Source: the human T2T-CHM13v2.0 reference genome, Homo sapiens. Taken from it: a stretch of DNA of 64,000 bases. Numbering within the stretch: position 1 is the stretch's first letter; each line of letters begins with the position of its first letter. Made by a program: the position numbers and the translations under genes. Of this stretch, positions 39,981 through 54,290 are shown piece after piece. Where the stretch lies: the NCBI RefSeq assembly GCF_009914755.1, contig NC_060936.1, one strand, 5' to 3'. The notes under the pieces were generated by a model that was not told the origin of the DNA, ran no database searches, and saw only the letters and a list, made by a program, of their open reading frames with translations.

Positions 39981-41631
39981 TAGACAGATTTTAAATAAAC
40001 AACCTAACAATGCATCTCAAGGAACTAGAAAAGCAAAAAAAAAAAAAAAAAAAGAAAGAAAGAAAGAAAGAAAACCAAACCTACAATTAATGGAAGAAAA
40101 AATAATAATAAATATCAGTACAGAAACAAACAAAATTGAGATAAAAAAATCAGTGAAATAAAAAGTTGTGTTTTTCTGAAAAGACAAACAAAATTGGCAA
40201 ACCATTAGCTAGGCTAACCAAGAAAAAAAAGATCCAAATAAATAAAATCAGAAATGAAAAGAAGAAATTTCTACATATACCACAGAAATAGGAGGGATTA
40301 TTAGGAACTATTATGAACAACTATACTACAACAAATTAGAAAACCTAGTAGAAATGGATAACTTCCTGGACACATAAAACCTACAATTATTGAATTGGGA
40401 AGAAATAGAAAACCTGAACAGAAAACATTTGCAAACTATTCATCCAACAAAGAATTAATATCCAGAATACACAAGAAACTCAAACAACTCAACAACAACA
40501 AAAAAATCAAATAATCTGATTTTTAAAATGGGCAGATGAGCTAAATCGACATCTCTCAAAAGAAGACATACAAATGACAAATATGTATATGAAAAAATAC
40601 TCAGTATCAGTCATCATAAGGAAAATGCAAATCAAAACTAAAATCAGATATCATCTCATCCAAGTTTGGATGACTCTTATCAAAAAGACAAAAAATATCA
40701 AACACTGGCAAGAATACAGAGAAAGAAGAACTCTTATACACTGTTAGTAGGAATGTTAATTAGTATACCCATTATGCAAAACAACATGAAGGTTTCTCAA
40801 AAACTAAAAGTAGAACTACCATATGATCCAGCAATCCCACTACTGGGTATATATCCAAAGGAAAGGAAATCAGTAATGTTAAAGAGATATCTGCACTCCC
40901 ATGTTTACTGCAGCACTATTCACAGTAGCAAAGACACAGAATCAATCTAAGTGACTGACAAACAGATGAGTGTATGAAGAATATGCCACACGCACATACA
41001 CATACACACACACACACAATGAAATATTATTTAGCCATAAAAAAGAATGAAATTCTGACATTTGCGACAGCATGGATGAACTTGAAGGATATTATGTTAA
41101 GTGAAATACGCCAGGCACAGAAAAATAAATACCTCGTTCTCACTCACATGAGTAAGCTAAGAAAAGCTGATCTCACAGAATTAGAAAATGGAATAGTGGC
41201 TACTAGAGGCAGGGAAGTGTAGAGAGGAAGAGATAAATATCCAAAGGTAGTCAATATATACAAAAGCACAGCTAGGTAAGAGGAATAAGTTGAGCATTCT
41301 GTACCACTATAGGGTGACTATAATTAAAACAATTTATTGTATATTTTCAAATAGCAAGAAGAGCAGATTTTGAATGTTACCAACATGAAGAAATGATAAA
41401 TGCTTGAGGTGATGGATATGCTATTTGCCCTGATTTGATCGTTACATATATATATCAAAATATCACACTGTACCCTATAAGTATGTACAATTATTGTGTT
41501 CATTAAAAACAACAAAAGCAAAAAAAAGAAAAAATTGTACTACTATTAAAAAATACTTATTATGTAATATTAATTGGAAAAACAGGATGCAAAATTAGTA
41601 TACACAGTATAGCTCTGCTTAAAAGTTACAT

Positions 41632-41956
41632 GCACAGGGCAGATAAACAGGTGGAGCACAGGGAATTTTTAGGAAAGTGTAACTATTCTGTATGATACTA
41701 TAATGATGGATATACATCATTTTACATTCGTTCAAAACCCATAGAATGTACAACACAAAGAGTGAAACTTAATGTAAGCTTGGACTTATAATGTGTCAAT
41801 ATCAGCTCAATGGTCATAACAAATGTCATACTAATGTTTGATGTTATAATAGGGAAGACTGTAGGTGAAAGGGGTAGAAAAAAGGGTATATGGGAATTCT
41901 TTGTACTTTCTGCTCAATTTTTCTGTAAATTTAAAAGTGCTCAAGAAAATAAAGTC
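41632..41956 (+). mobile_element. L1MC/MD 3' end fragment
   Basis: aaacccatagaatgtacaacacaaagagtgaa...gtactttctgctcaatttttctgtaaa. Confidence 0.85.
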
Positions 41957-41997
41957 CTTTTTTTTGAGACATGGTCTCATTCAAGAAAATAAAGTCC

Positions 41998-42310
41998 TTT
42001 TTTTTTTAAAGACGTTCTCACTCTGTCACCCAGGCTGAAGTGCAGTGGCACAATCTCAGCTCACTGTAGCCTCAACCTCCTGGGCCCAAGTGATCCTCTC
42101 ACCTCAACCTCCTGAGTAGCTGGGACCACAGGAGCATTCCACTACAGCAAGCTAACTCTTTGAGGGTGTTTTTTTTTTGTTTGATTTGGTTGCAGAGACA
42201 GGGTTTTGCCATGTTGCCCAGGCTAGTCTCAAACTCCTGGGCTCAAGCGATCTGCCTGCCTTGGCCTCCCAAAGTGCTGAGAATGTAAGCATGAGCCACC
42301 ATGCCAGGCC
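41998..42310 (-). mobile_element. AluJ
   Basis: cactgtagcctcaacctcctgggc; TSD agaaaataaagtc. Confidence 0.94.
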
Positions 42311-42610
42311 CAGAAAATAAAGTCTATTAATTAAAAAATAATCAAATCTAATGACTATCACCAAACCACTGTTCTATGTGTTAAGAAGGCAGTAAGAGAT
42401 ATTTCATAGATGGTTTCCCTCAAAACAACTTTCAATTATCTTACCTGATTTACAGAATTTTATAAACATAGATCCTTATGAAATGAAAAGAATGTACTTA
42501 CCCCATATTAAGTGTTATAGTGGAAACAAAAATTTATGAGATACATTGCCAGATAGTGAGGAACATGAAATATTGTTACAGAGTCAATATATATACATAA
42601 AAACCAGATG

Positions 42611-43700
42611 GTGTACTAGTTAGGAAAATATTAGCAGCTGTAACAAATATACCCCAAAAATTCTGCGACCTAACACAATAAAAGTCTATTTCAAGAAGAC
42701 AGATCTACTGCCATGTTCACTGCAACATTACAATAACCAAGATATGGAAACAACCTATGTTTCTAGAGACAGATGAATGGATATAGAAACTATGATGTAT
42801 GTGTGTGTGTGTAATTAAATATCATTCAGCCTTTAAAAAAGGGGAGATCCTGCCATTTGCCACAGAATGAATGAACCTAGAAGACATTATGCTAAGTAAA
42901 ATAAGACAGACACAGAAAGAAAAAATATTGCATGATCTCATTAATATGTGGAATATAAGGGAAAAACAAATATACAGAAATACAGAATAAAATTATGTTT
43001 ACCAGGATCTATAAAGGGAGAGAAAATGGGGAGATATAGGTCAAAGAATACAAAGTAGCAGATATGTAGGATGAACTAAAAATCTAGTGTATAACATGAG
43101 GACTATAGTTAATAATAGTATGTTATATTTAGGATTTTTGCTAAATGAGTAGATTATAGCTGCTCTTGCCACAGGAGGGAAAACTGGATAACTATTTGAG
43201 ATGATGAATATGTTACTTTGTTTCACTATAGTAATCATTGCGATATATATATATCATATATATATCATATATATCATATACATATCATATATATATATCA
43301 TAACACCATGTTCTATACCTTAAACACAAACAATAAATTTTTAAGCCTATTTCATAAGAGTTCAATATGCATGTTCCTGGTTGGAAAATGACTTTTCTCT
43401 ATGTGTTGATGCAGGGATACAGGCTCTTTCCAGCTTGTTTGCCACTTATTGGTAGCCCCACAGTCCCCTCATGTCAACTGGTGGATGAGCAAAGATAGAG
43501 TTGAAAAGGCATGCCACTCCTTATCCTCCTTAGTTTAAACATAAAGTAGCTCTTTCTCCTTTACCCACTGGTGACAACTAATGACATAGTCACACCTACA
43601 ACTGGGAGGGCTAGCTGGGCAACTGCTTCCTAGCAACAACTCCACACTGTGGAGGGTAGAACACAAATCTCTGGTAGATGTCTATCTGATCATTCCTGGC
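42611..43700 (-). mobile_element. MLT1K-like LTR split by an L1MA
   Basis: gtgtactagttagg...gctgtaacaaatatacccc...; continues after 43354. Confidence 0.65.
42694..43342 (+). mobile_element. L1MA (MA8-like) 3' end containing (CATATATAT)n at 43243-43301
   Basis: aaagtagcagatatgtaggatgaa...gattatagctgctcttgccac; TSD aagtctatttca / aagcctatttca. Confidence 0.9.
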
Positions 43701-45397
43701 ATAGATTTTTTTTTTGAAGGACATGGAGGAATTGATGGGTTTTTTTATACCATATCAAAAAATTACCTGATTGTAGATATAATTGGTGACTCTCTCTGAT
43801 TGTTAGAAAAACTTGGTCTACACTAATGTTTCTCAAACCTTAGACTTCCTACAAAGATACATGCTTGTGAAGCTAGAATCTCTCATAGTAATTAAACAAA
43901 TTATTCTTACATTGTGTTTTTTGGAGGTACTTTATAGTTGAAACCACCTTGTGTGAAGCCATTTTGGCACATGGGTAAGTTGACACACTTGGAGGCTTAT
44001 TTAGTCCTTCAACAAATATTTATGAAGCATTAACCCTATTCCAGGACACACACTGCTCTTCAAGAAACAAAGACAACAGAAGATTTCCCAGGTGGCCGGA
44101 GGGAGAGGCTGACTTTCTAAATTAATCTAAACTGAGATTCTAGGGAATAATTAAAAGAAGATACTTTAACATCTGTTGCAGAATTTTTTATTTGAGACCC
44201 CCCAAACCATAAAAGTACGTGGACTATCCACTGCCGAGCATAAACTTTTGGGGCAAGGGTGGCAGAGGGTGAGGCTGGTACTGGGAATGAAAGAGATTAT
44301 TCCACATGACACTAGATCTACATGTGGAATAATTATGAAGTAGGTCTATGATAAAAACCATGATTCAAAGGTATCCAAGAAGGGGAACAGAGTGTGTGAT
44401 GATACTCTTCATGGAACTAGAGGTGACCAGCAAATGATAAAGTTTTGAGAGAGACCATAAATTTTATTAGAGGGTGTTGAGTATGAGATAACTCTAGATT
44501 ATATAAAAATTCATCTAGATGTAAGAAAAGTTATTTACTCCCAAGAACTTAAATACAGTTTATATTCAGATCTTATTCTGTTTTTCAAGCTTGTTTTTAT
44601 AAATTAGTATACAGGGAAAAAAAAGAAAGAAGGGAAAAAAAAGAAAGAAAGGAAAAAGGAAAAGACAAACAAAGGTAGATAGATAATATCATTGGGTCTT
44701 TATGATATTATATTTGGCAAGATTTAGTCCTCCTTTTTAGAGGCTTTAACTGCATTTTGCAAACCAGGACAATTTTTTATTAAAAAATCAAAATCACCTG
44801 GCAGGAACACGCACATTGAACTCTTATGTGAACATGAAATAGACTTAAAATAATTTATTGTTTGTATTTAAGGTATACAACATGATGTTATGAGACACAT
44901 ATTCAAATATTGAGGCTGCATCAAACATTTTGAAACACTTATCAAAGGCATACTGTCTTTTAGGGACCACCTACTCTTTAAAACCAAACCAAACAAAACA
45001 AAGGTGCTGGTTTAAAAGCAAACCTAGCTTTATTGTGGGTCTGGTATAAAATCATCGCTATGGTGGTGCTATTCATCTCTTCTATTTCATCTCTTGGTAT
45101 TTACACTCTGATTTTAACTGTACATTGTCAGTTATTCAAATCCACTTTCCAGAATCAAAATTCAGGTCAGTTCCCCTGACAATATTTGTACATCTCATCG
45201 AATCTTAACTTTTTTTCATTCTATAGAAATGACACCATGAGTAATTTTTAACATTGTTTCCTGGTTGGCAATATATTGTGAAGTGGCTTTATGAAGTAAT
45301 CTCTAGGCAAGACAAATTCAGCACAAAATAGGATAAGGATATAAGCAACAATAGCTATACATTTTATTAACTGCCTGTGTTGACCTGGAATTCTTTT

Positions 45398-46498
45398 CTT
45401 TTCTTTTTTCTTTTTATTATACTTTAAGTTCTTGGCATACACGTGTGGAACGTGCAGGTTCATTACATAGGTATACATGTGCCATGGTGGTTTGCTGCAC
45501 CCATCAACCCGTCATCTACATTAGGTATTTCTCCTAATGTTATCCCTCCCCTAGCCCCCCACTCCCCAACAGGCCCCAGTGTGTGATGTTCCCCTCCCTG
45601 TGCCCATATGTTCTCACTGTTCAACCCCCACTTATGAGTGAGAACATGTGGTCTTTGGTTTTCTGTTCCTGTGTTAGTTTGCTGAGAATGATGGTTTCCA
45701 GTTTCATCCATGTCCCTGCAAAGGACATGAACTCATTCTTTTTTATGGATGCATAGTATTCCATGGTGTGTATGTGCCATATTTTCTTTATCCAGTCTAT
45801 CATTGATGGGCATTTGCATTGGTTCCAAGTCTTTACAATTGTGAATAGTGCTGCAGTAAACATACTTGTGCATGTGTCTTTACAGTAGAATAATTTATAA
45901 TCCTTTGGGTATATACTCAGTAATGGGATTGCTGGGTCAAATGGTATTTCTAGTTCTAGATCCTTGAGGAATTGACACACTGTCTTCCAAAACTGTTGAA
46001 CTAATTTACACTCCCACCAAAAGTGTAAAAGTGTTCCTATTTCTCCACATCCTCTCCAGCATCTGTTGTTTCCTGACTTTTTAATGATCGCCATTCTAAC
46101 TGGCATGAGATGGTATCTCATTGTGGTTTTGATAAAGACCTAAACCATAAAAACCCTAGAAGAAAACCTAGGCAACACCATTCAGGACATGGGCATGGGC
46201 AAAGACTTCATGACTAAAACACCAAAAGCAATTGCAACATAAGCAAAAATTGACAAATGGGATCTAATTAAACTAAAGAGCTTCAGCACAGCAAAAGAAA
46301 CTAACAGGCAACCTACAGAATCGGAGAAAGTTTTTGCAGTCTATCCACCTGACAAAGGGCTAAAATCCAGAATCTACAAGGAGCTTAAACAAATGTACAA
46401 GAAAAAAAAGAAACACCCCCATCAAAAAGCGTATGAAAGATATGAAAAGACACTTTTCAAAAGAAGACGTTTATGTGGCCAACAAACTAAGAAAAAAA
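45398..46498 (-). mobile_element. L1PA7-like insertion with 5' inversion (twin priming)
   Basis: 3' part on - strand 45398-46132, inverted part on + strand 46133-46498; 16-bp TSD gacctggaattctttt / gacctgaaattctttt; ORF 45621-46121 is the ORF2 CCHC C-terminus. Confidence 0.96.
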
Positions 46499-46892
46499 GA
46501 CCTGAAATTCTTTTAAGTGTTTATCACTGTGAACGTGATTGTGAACATATTTGATTGACATATATTTTCATTTTAAATACAGTCATGGACAGCATAATGA
46601 CATTTAGGTCAATGACAGGCTGCATATATGGTGGTGGTCCCATAAGATTACCATAAGATTATAATACAGCTGAAAAATTCCAATTGCCTGGTGACATCAT
46701 AGCTGTTATAATGTTGTAGCACAATGCATTACTCATGTATTTGTGGTGATGCTGTTGTAAACAAACCTACTGGCCTGCCAGTTGTATAAAAGTATGACAC
46801 ATACAATTATGTACTGTACACAATACTTAATAATGATAATAAATAATTATGTTACTGGTTTATGTATTTAATACATGACAATATTGTTTTAG

Positions 46893-47335
<443 letters not shown>

Positions 47336-48277
47336 ATATATAGTTTTTAAAGTTACCTGTAAAACAGCCTCAGGCAGGTCCTTCAGGAGGCATTCCAGGA
47401 GAAAGCATATGTTTTCCTAGGAGATGACAACTCCATGCCTGTTACTCTCTGAAGATCTTCCAGTGGGACAAGATGTGGAGGTGGAAGACAGTGAAAGTGA
47501 TTATCCAGACCCCATGTAGGCCTTAGCTAATGTGTGTGTTTGTGTCTTCATTTTTCATACAAAAGTTTTAAAAGTAGAAAATTTTAAAAAAAAATTTTAG
47601 TGGAAAAATACTTATAGAATAAGTATGTGAAAGAAAATATTTTTGTTCAACTGTCCAATGTGTTTGTCTTTTAAGCTATTTTATTATGAAATAGTCAAAA
47701 AATTTTTAAAATTAAGTTTATAAAGTAGAAAAGTTATAGTAAGCTAAGATTAATTTATTATTTAAGAAAAAATATTTACAAATTTAGTGTATTCTAAGTG
47801 TACAGTGTTTATGAAGTCTACGGTAGTGTACAGTAATGCCCTAGGCCCTCTCATTCACTCACCACTCACTCATAGACTCACCCAGAGCAACTTCCAGTCC
47901 TACAAGCTCCATTCATGGTAAGTGCCCTATACAGATGTACCATTTTTTACCTTTTATACCTGGTTTTTACTGTATCATGTCTATGTTTAGATATGTGTAG
48001 CTCATAAATAATTACTACTGTGTTACAATTGCCTATGGTATTTAGTACAGTAACATGCTGTATTGGTTTGTAGACTAGGAGCAACAGGTTATACCATATA
48101 GCCTAGGTGTGTAGTAGGCTGTGCCATCTAGGATTGACTCTCTGATGTTTGCACAATGACAAAATCACCTAATAACACATTTCTCAGAACATGTCTCTAT
48201 AGTTAAACAACATATGACTGTATTTTCATTTAAAATAGTCACTCAAATTTGAAATGGCTATGCTTATTGTCTCCAGA

Positions 48278-48350
48278 TCTCTCTCTCTCTTTCTATATAT
48301 ATATATGTGTGTGTGTGTGTATGTGTGTGTATATATATATATATATATAT
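48278..48350. repeat. (CT)(TA)(TG)(TA) compound microsatellite
   Basis: Read directly. Confidence 0.93.
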
Positions 48351-49377
48351 GAAAGAGTTAGAAACACTACTAAGAAAAAATAAATAACAAGCACAAACTT
48401 TTAAAAGTCTGCATACAGTTGTTGTGAAAATAAATGGGATAATATGTTTAGAGAGTGCTTAGCATGATGCCTGGTGGGTTATAAATGACCAATAAGTGGT
48501 AGGGATTTTTATTAAGAAAATGCCATAGATCTAAATATTTTTAAAAAATCAAAGTACTCCTAACCACAAATTTACTACTTCTTAAAATATTTTCATAATA
48601 TTTTAACCAATGAAAATTGTAAATTTTAACTATTTCACATAGATAGCAAAGTAACAATACTTTTCCCTCTTATTTTTATAAACAAAAACATAACAAAATG
48701 TTTGTTAAAGATTAGTTATTGCTTATATTTATAAAGTAACTATTTTTAAGTTTATCATTGGTATACTGATTAACCAGCTTTGAAATGCAACAGCAAATAA
48801 TCCTGACTTGGCTTAAAGAATAGTTTCCAGAGATTACAAAAACATCTTCATACTGCCTTTTTCTGTTATCCAAGGCTATGGATACTCTGAAAATTCTGGT
48901 GAAGAAAGTAATGTTCTGGACATATTCATAAGCAACCTTATTTTTATAATGTAATCATTAGAATCATAAGAATTATGGTGACCACACACACCCATCAAAA
49001 CCACAGTGGTTTGTGGGCTGTCTAAAACACTCTTGAAGAGAAGAGAGCAAGATTCCGTTGCATTTGTGACCTCTAGAGGCCAACGGGAACGTGATATATT
49101 TTATTCACTCAACAGTGCCTCCAAAGACAATCCTCAAGAGTTTAAGATTTATAGGCATTAAAAAATTGAGCAAATGCAAGAGAAGAGAAGCTCCATTTTA
49201 GGTGGATATGTTATCTTGAACTAACAACCACAAACCGCCAATTGAAGTTTTAAATAATAATTTGAAAAAGTCTCAGACACTTGGAGAACCTTCATGGAAA
49301 ATGAAAACCTCCCTTACTTCACAGTGCAGCTGTCCAGATTAATTACTTATTGTAAGTAATCATCATATTGAAGATGA

Positions 49378-49560
49378 ACACAGCATAATGCACTCACTGG
49401 ACCCTGGAGTCAAAATTAAATTCCAATGTTTGCTTGTTTGGTATTCTGCAAAAATCATTAACCCCTCTGAGCCTCAATGCTCTCATTTGGAAATTAGGTA
49501 GGTATAATTAACCTACATTACAGTGTTGTTTGTAGATTAAATTAGATAACATATATTCTG
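49378..49560 (+). mobile_element. MIR
   Basis: ctggagtca...ttaacccctctgagcctca...ctcatttggaaa...gattaaattagataa. Confidence 0.75.
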
Positions 49561-50569
49561 GATGTATCTTGAAAACTGCCAAGTATTAAACCAGTGACAC
49601 AAATTTTATTATGATTATGACACCATTTGTTCATAACTTTCATTTTATCACTAAATGATATGATTTTTTCACCAGAGCAATAAAATCAAAACAAAATATT
49701 AGTCTACTAAAGTCTTACTTAAGTTTAAAAAAAAGGCTTGAAGTAGAGGTTCTTCACTCCCTTTCTGTGTGCTATTGCATAACAGCCCTAATAACACTAG
49801 GCAGAATCAAACATCAACAGTGAAGAGTTAGCGGCCCAATTAAAATTACCGCCTTTTTTCTTAAAGATGCCAATTACGGTGTAACCTCTGAAATGTTAGA
49901 GAATTTTTTGACTTCTCAACGTGTTCAGAAATGGTATCCACCAACCTTTCCATACATGACCATTGTGTTTAAGAGCTGTCTTCAAGGATCAAACTTTCCA
50001 AACTAGCTTCTTTTACAGTGGGAGTGAAGTCTGTGTTACTGCATATTGGCACATTCACATAGCCCATCTATCACATAAGAAAGGTCTAATAAAATATGGC
50101 TAAAGTATTGCTGCAAAACTCCCTTTTCCCTTCTTTATTCCAATAATGCAGAAGTCTAATAATGGATTAATGGATGCCTCTAAGAACTGAGAATGTTCTT
50201 CCATCCCATAGAGCACCATAGGATGTATGGTGCTTGACCATTACAATTGTGTTGTCTCTAACCAAAATGCCAATCCCAAACCCTTATTTTCAGCTCACTC
50301 TCTCTCATGCCTCACAATAATTTTTGTTAAATCTTCACGACTCACCTCAAACATGCTCCACTAAAACCTCTTCTGTTATTCTCAACAACTAACCCTACTT
50401 TTAAAAGTCAGTGCCTTAAAACAACTCTCTAAACTTCCCACTACCTACTTATCAGTACATTTGTAGCTGCAACCATAACTTCATTATTCCCTCCTGCCTC
50501 ACTGAATTAGGTTATCTTCCACCTCAATTGAAACTTCCACACCATGTCCTATGTCCTGACATCTACCTA

Positions 50570-51004
50570 TGTTTCAGTCATAATTATGTTAAACTGCAAG
50601 TGAAAGAAAACACAAAATGGTAGTGGCTTAAACAGGATAGAAATTTGTTTCTTTTTTGCAAAAATTAGGATTCTACATAATTAAATCAGGGCTAGTATGA
50701 TGACTCTACAACGATCAGAGGTATGACTTCTTCTGACTTGGGTCTCCACTAATCTGAACATATGGCTTCTACCCCATGGTTTAAGATTACTACTGAAGTT
50801 ACAGCCAACATGTGTGCATTCCAGTCCACACAAATGCATCTACGTTCCTCCCATTGACTAGAATCTAATCCCAAGGCCTAGCTAGCTGCAGGGGAGACAA
50901 AATAATGCATTCTCTGTTATAGAAAATGGTAAGCCCAGCTAAATATTAAGAGAAGTGGTGAGTGGAAGAATGAACATTAGTGAACAAGTAACAGTCTCTA
51001 CCAC
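50570..51004 (-). mobile_element. MLT1J-like MaLR LTR
   Basis: ctgcaagtgaaagaaaac...agtggcttaaacaggatag...cccattgactagaa...acagtctctaccaca. Confidence 0.75.
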
Positions 51005-51248
51005 AGTCCTCTCCTGTTTTCTCATGTTCTTCTTTCTGTTCACATTTCTTCTTCCCTCTGTCTTCTAATTCCACCTCTCTATTGGGTCTTTCTTTAATCT
51101 GTTCAACCATCTTTCTAAATCCTGTGTCTCTAGCTACCGCTCTGCTTCTTTCCCCTTTTCCACCAGGTTTTATGAAGACTTTACTCTCACTGTCTTCACC
51201 TTCTTGCTGCATTTGCTCCTAAGCCTGTTGAAATCTGATGTATGCCCC

Positions 51249-51722
51249 TATTGTGGGTTGAACTGTGTCCCCCTAAAAAAGATATGTTGAAGTCCTAACC
51301 CCTCATACTTGTGAACATGACCTTATTTGGAAATAGTGTCTTTGCCAATGTAATCATGTTAAGATGAGGCTATACTAGATAAGAATGGACCCTAAATCAA
51401 ATAACTTTTGTCCTTAAAAGAATGCCATGTGACACAGAGAAGGGACACAGAGACAAACACACAGAGAGAGAATGCTATGTGGCAATGGAGGCTCAGATTG
51501 CAGTGATGCATTTGTAAGACAAGAAACACCACAGATTGCTAGCAGATACCAGAAACCAGGAGAGAGGCAAGGGTGGCACCTACCCTAAAGCAGAGAGCAT
51601 GGTCCTGCTGATACCTCGATTCTGGACTTCTGGCCTCCAGTACTGTGAGAGAATAACTTTCTGTTGTTTTAAGCCACTATATATGTAGTACTTTGTTATG
51701 GTATCTCTAGGGAACTAACACA
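51249..51722 (+). mobile_element. MLT1C-like solo LTR inserted in an L2 (L2 ~51160-51990)
   Basis: gttgaactgtgtcccc...gaccttatttggaaatag...ggacttctggcctccag; perfect 5-bp TSD gcccc. Confidence 0.92.
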
Positions 51723-51999
51723 GCCCCATCCACCCCACTGAAAGATCCTTTACTAATGTCACAATAGTCTCTTCATGGCTAAATCCAGGGGACACTTGTC
51801 AGAACTTTCAAAATTTGTTATCTCTCTAAAACATTTGACAAAATTCCTCACACCCTGCCCTTGAAATCCTTCTGCCCTTGGTTTTAAGACACCACTCTAC
51901 TGGTTTCCTCATATCTCCCAGGGAATTTCACCTCAACTTTCCTTTTTAACTCTTCTGTTTTGGCTCATATCCTAAATATTCCTGTTACCTTCTTCCAAT

Positions 52000-52310
52000 A
52001 TAACATATTAACTGAAGTGAAATAAGTCAGTCACATAAAAACAAGTACTGCATGATTCCACGTATCTGAGGGATCTAAAATAGTCAAACTCACAGAAATA
52101 GAGAGTAGAACTGTGGGTGCCTGGGACTAGGAAGATGGGGAAACAGGGAGCTGCTGTTCAACGGGAATAAAGTTTTAGTAATGAGAGATGAATAAGTTCT
52201 AGCGATCTGCTCTATAACATTATACCTACGGTTAACACTGCATTATGCACTTAAAAATTTGTTAAGAGAGTAGATCTCATGCTAACGGTTCTTACCACAA
52301 TTAACTAATT
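52000..52310 (+). mobile_element. L1MB 3' fragment
   Basis: aagtgaaataagtcagtcac...gatgaataagttctag...aagagagtagatctcatg. Confidence 0.85.
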
Positions 52311-52419
52311 CATTAAAATGTTAACTGAACCAAAATACGTTTAATTCACCCCATCCTGCTCCCAGAGTCCCAGTGAAATGAATAGAATAATATAACATTT
52401 TAACATTTATTTAATTCAT

Positions 52420-52975
52420 GTATTTATTCAGCAAACATTTATTAAGTGTCTATTATATTCCAGACACCGTGCTGGGTACTAGGGATACAGTAGTGACCCA
52501 GATAGATTAAGTACTGGACCTCATGAAGCTTCCATCTTTGTGAGGTTGTAATAAGAAATAACCAAAGAAATGTAGTAGATAATTACAATGTGTGATATGT
52601 GGCATTAAGGGAACAAATGGGATGACGAGATAGAGCAGAAGTCAGCAAATTTTTTCCTGCACAGAGGTACACAGAAAATAGTTCAGGTTTTTTGGGCCAT
52701 ATGGACTCTATTGCAAACTACTCAACTCTGCTGTTGTAAAGCAAAAAAAGCAACTAGAGGCAACACATAAGTGAATGGGTGTGGCTGTGATTCAATAATA
52801 CATTATTAAAAAAAAAAGGACAATGGACCAGATTTAGGCCTGTGGGCCATAGTTTGCCAACTCTTAAAATAGAGAAAAGTTGGGGTAGGTCAGTTTAGAT
52901 ACAAAGATCAAAGAAAGCCTCTTGAAAAAATAGCACTTGAGCCAAGATCTGAAGGAAAGAAAGAGCCACACCTAC
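52420..52975 (-). mobile_element. L2 3' end interrupted by MER58A
   Basis: attcagcaaacatttattaagtgtctattat...gtgctgggtactagggatacagtagtga. Confidence 0.8.
52636..52866 (+). mobile_element. MER58A
   Basis: gtcagcaaatttttt...actactcaactctgc...gggccatagtttgccaac; TSD agatagag / aaatagag. Confidence 0.9.
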
Positions 52976-53550
52976 TTCCCTCAGCCCACTAGCCTTTCAA
53001 CTGGCAAAGATAACAAACAAATGTTTTATTTTTCTGTTGTTTGGCTCTAAAAGACTTGAATGACAACCCACATAATCTGTAAAATTGATCATTCCAAATG
53101 CTAGATAGACATCAACCCCTGTATCCTCAGTGTGAAAATTCACAGGCAAAGTCACTGAATTTATGAAAAGACTTATGAAAAAAGATAGGGATCAATCTGA
53201 AGCACTAGATAAAAATCTCCCTTCAAACAGACTTACTGAAGTAAATGGGAAAAGGGATTACAGAATCTCTTATCTGTATTCTTAGCAAGAATTGAAAATA
53301 CACTGAAACTATAAAAGAAGAATAATCTAACGTACCATAAATATTATTTTATATCAAAATCTTTATTACTATAGAGACATCAAATTTTATACTGGGTTAC
53401 TATTGAATCAGTGTACTTGTTGAAAAATGCAAAAAAAAAACAGGAGCTATGAAGAACACATTTAAGAAATATAATTTACTTACGGTAGAAGCTCAATATA
53501 GAAATAGAGCATATAAAGATAAAGCAATAATTATTAGAAATTATAGAATA

Positions 53551-54290
<740 letters not shown>

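Larger units (their letters stand above)
35346..41533 (+). mobile_element. L1MA-type element with both ends: ~1.9-kb 5' UTR, ORF1 (~37290-38230), ORF2 endonuclease (from ~38432), large internal ORF2 deletion, 3' UTR
   Basis: 5' motif caagatggctgactaga; ORF 38518-38907 is an APE-type endonuclease fragment (QAGVAIL...NAPNTGAP...TIIVGDFNTP); L1MA-type 3' UTR. Confidence 0.93.

Noticed and set aside
42436-42505. Two strong minus-strand splice donors
   Set aside because: No suitable upstream acceptor found; lone donors are common by chance
45621-46121. 166-aa ORF with a CCHC motif
   Set aside because: C-terminus of L1 ORF2 in a truncated, inverted insertion
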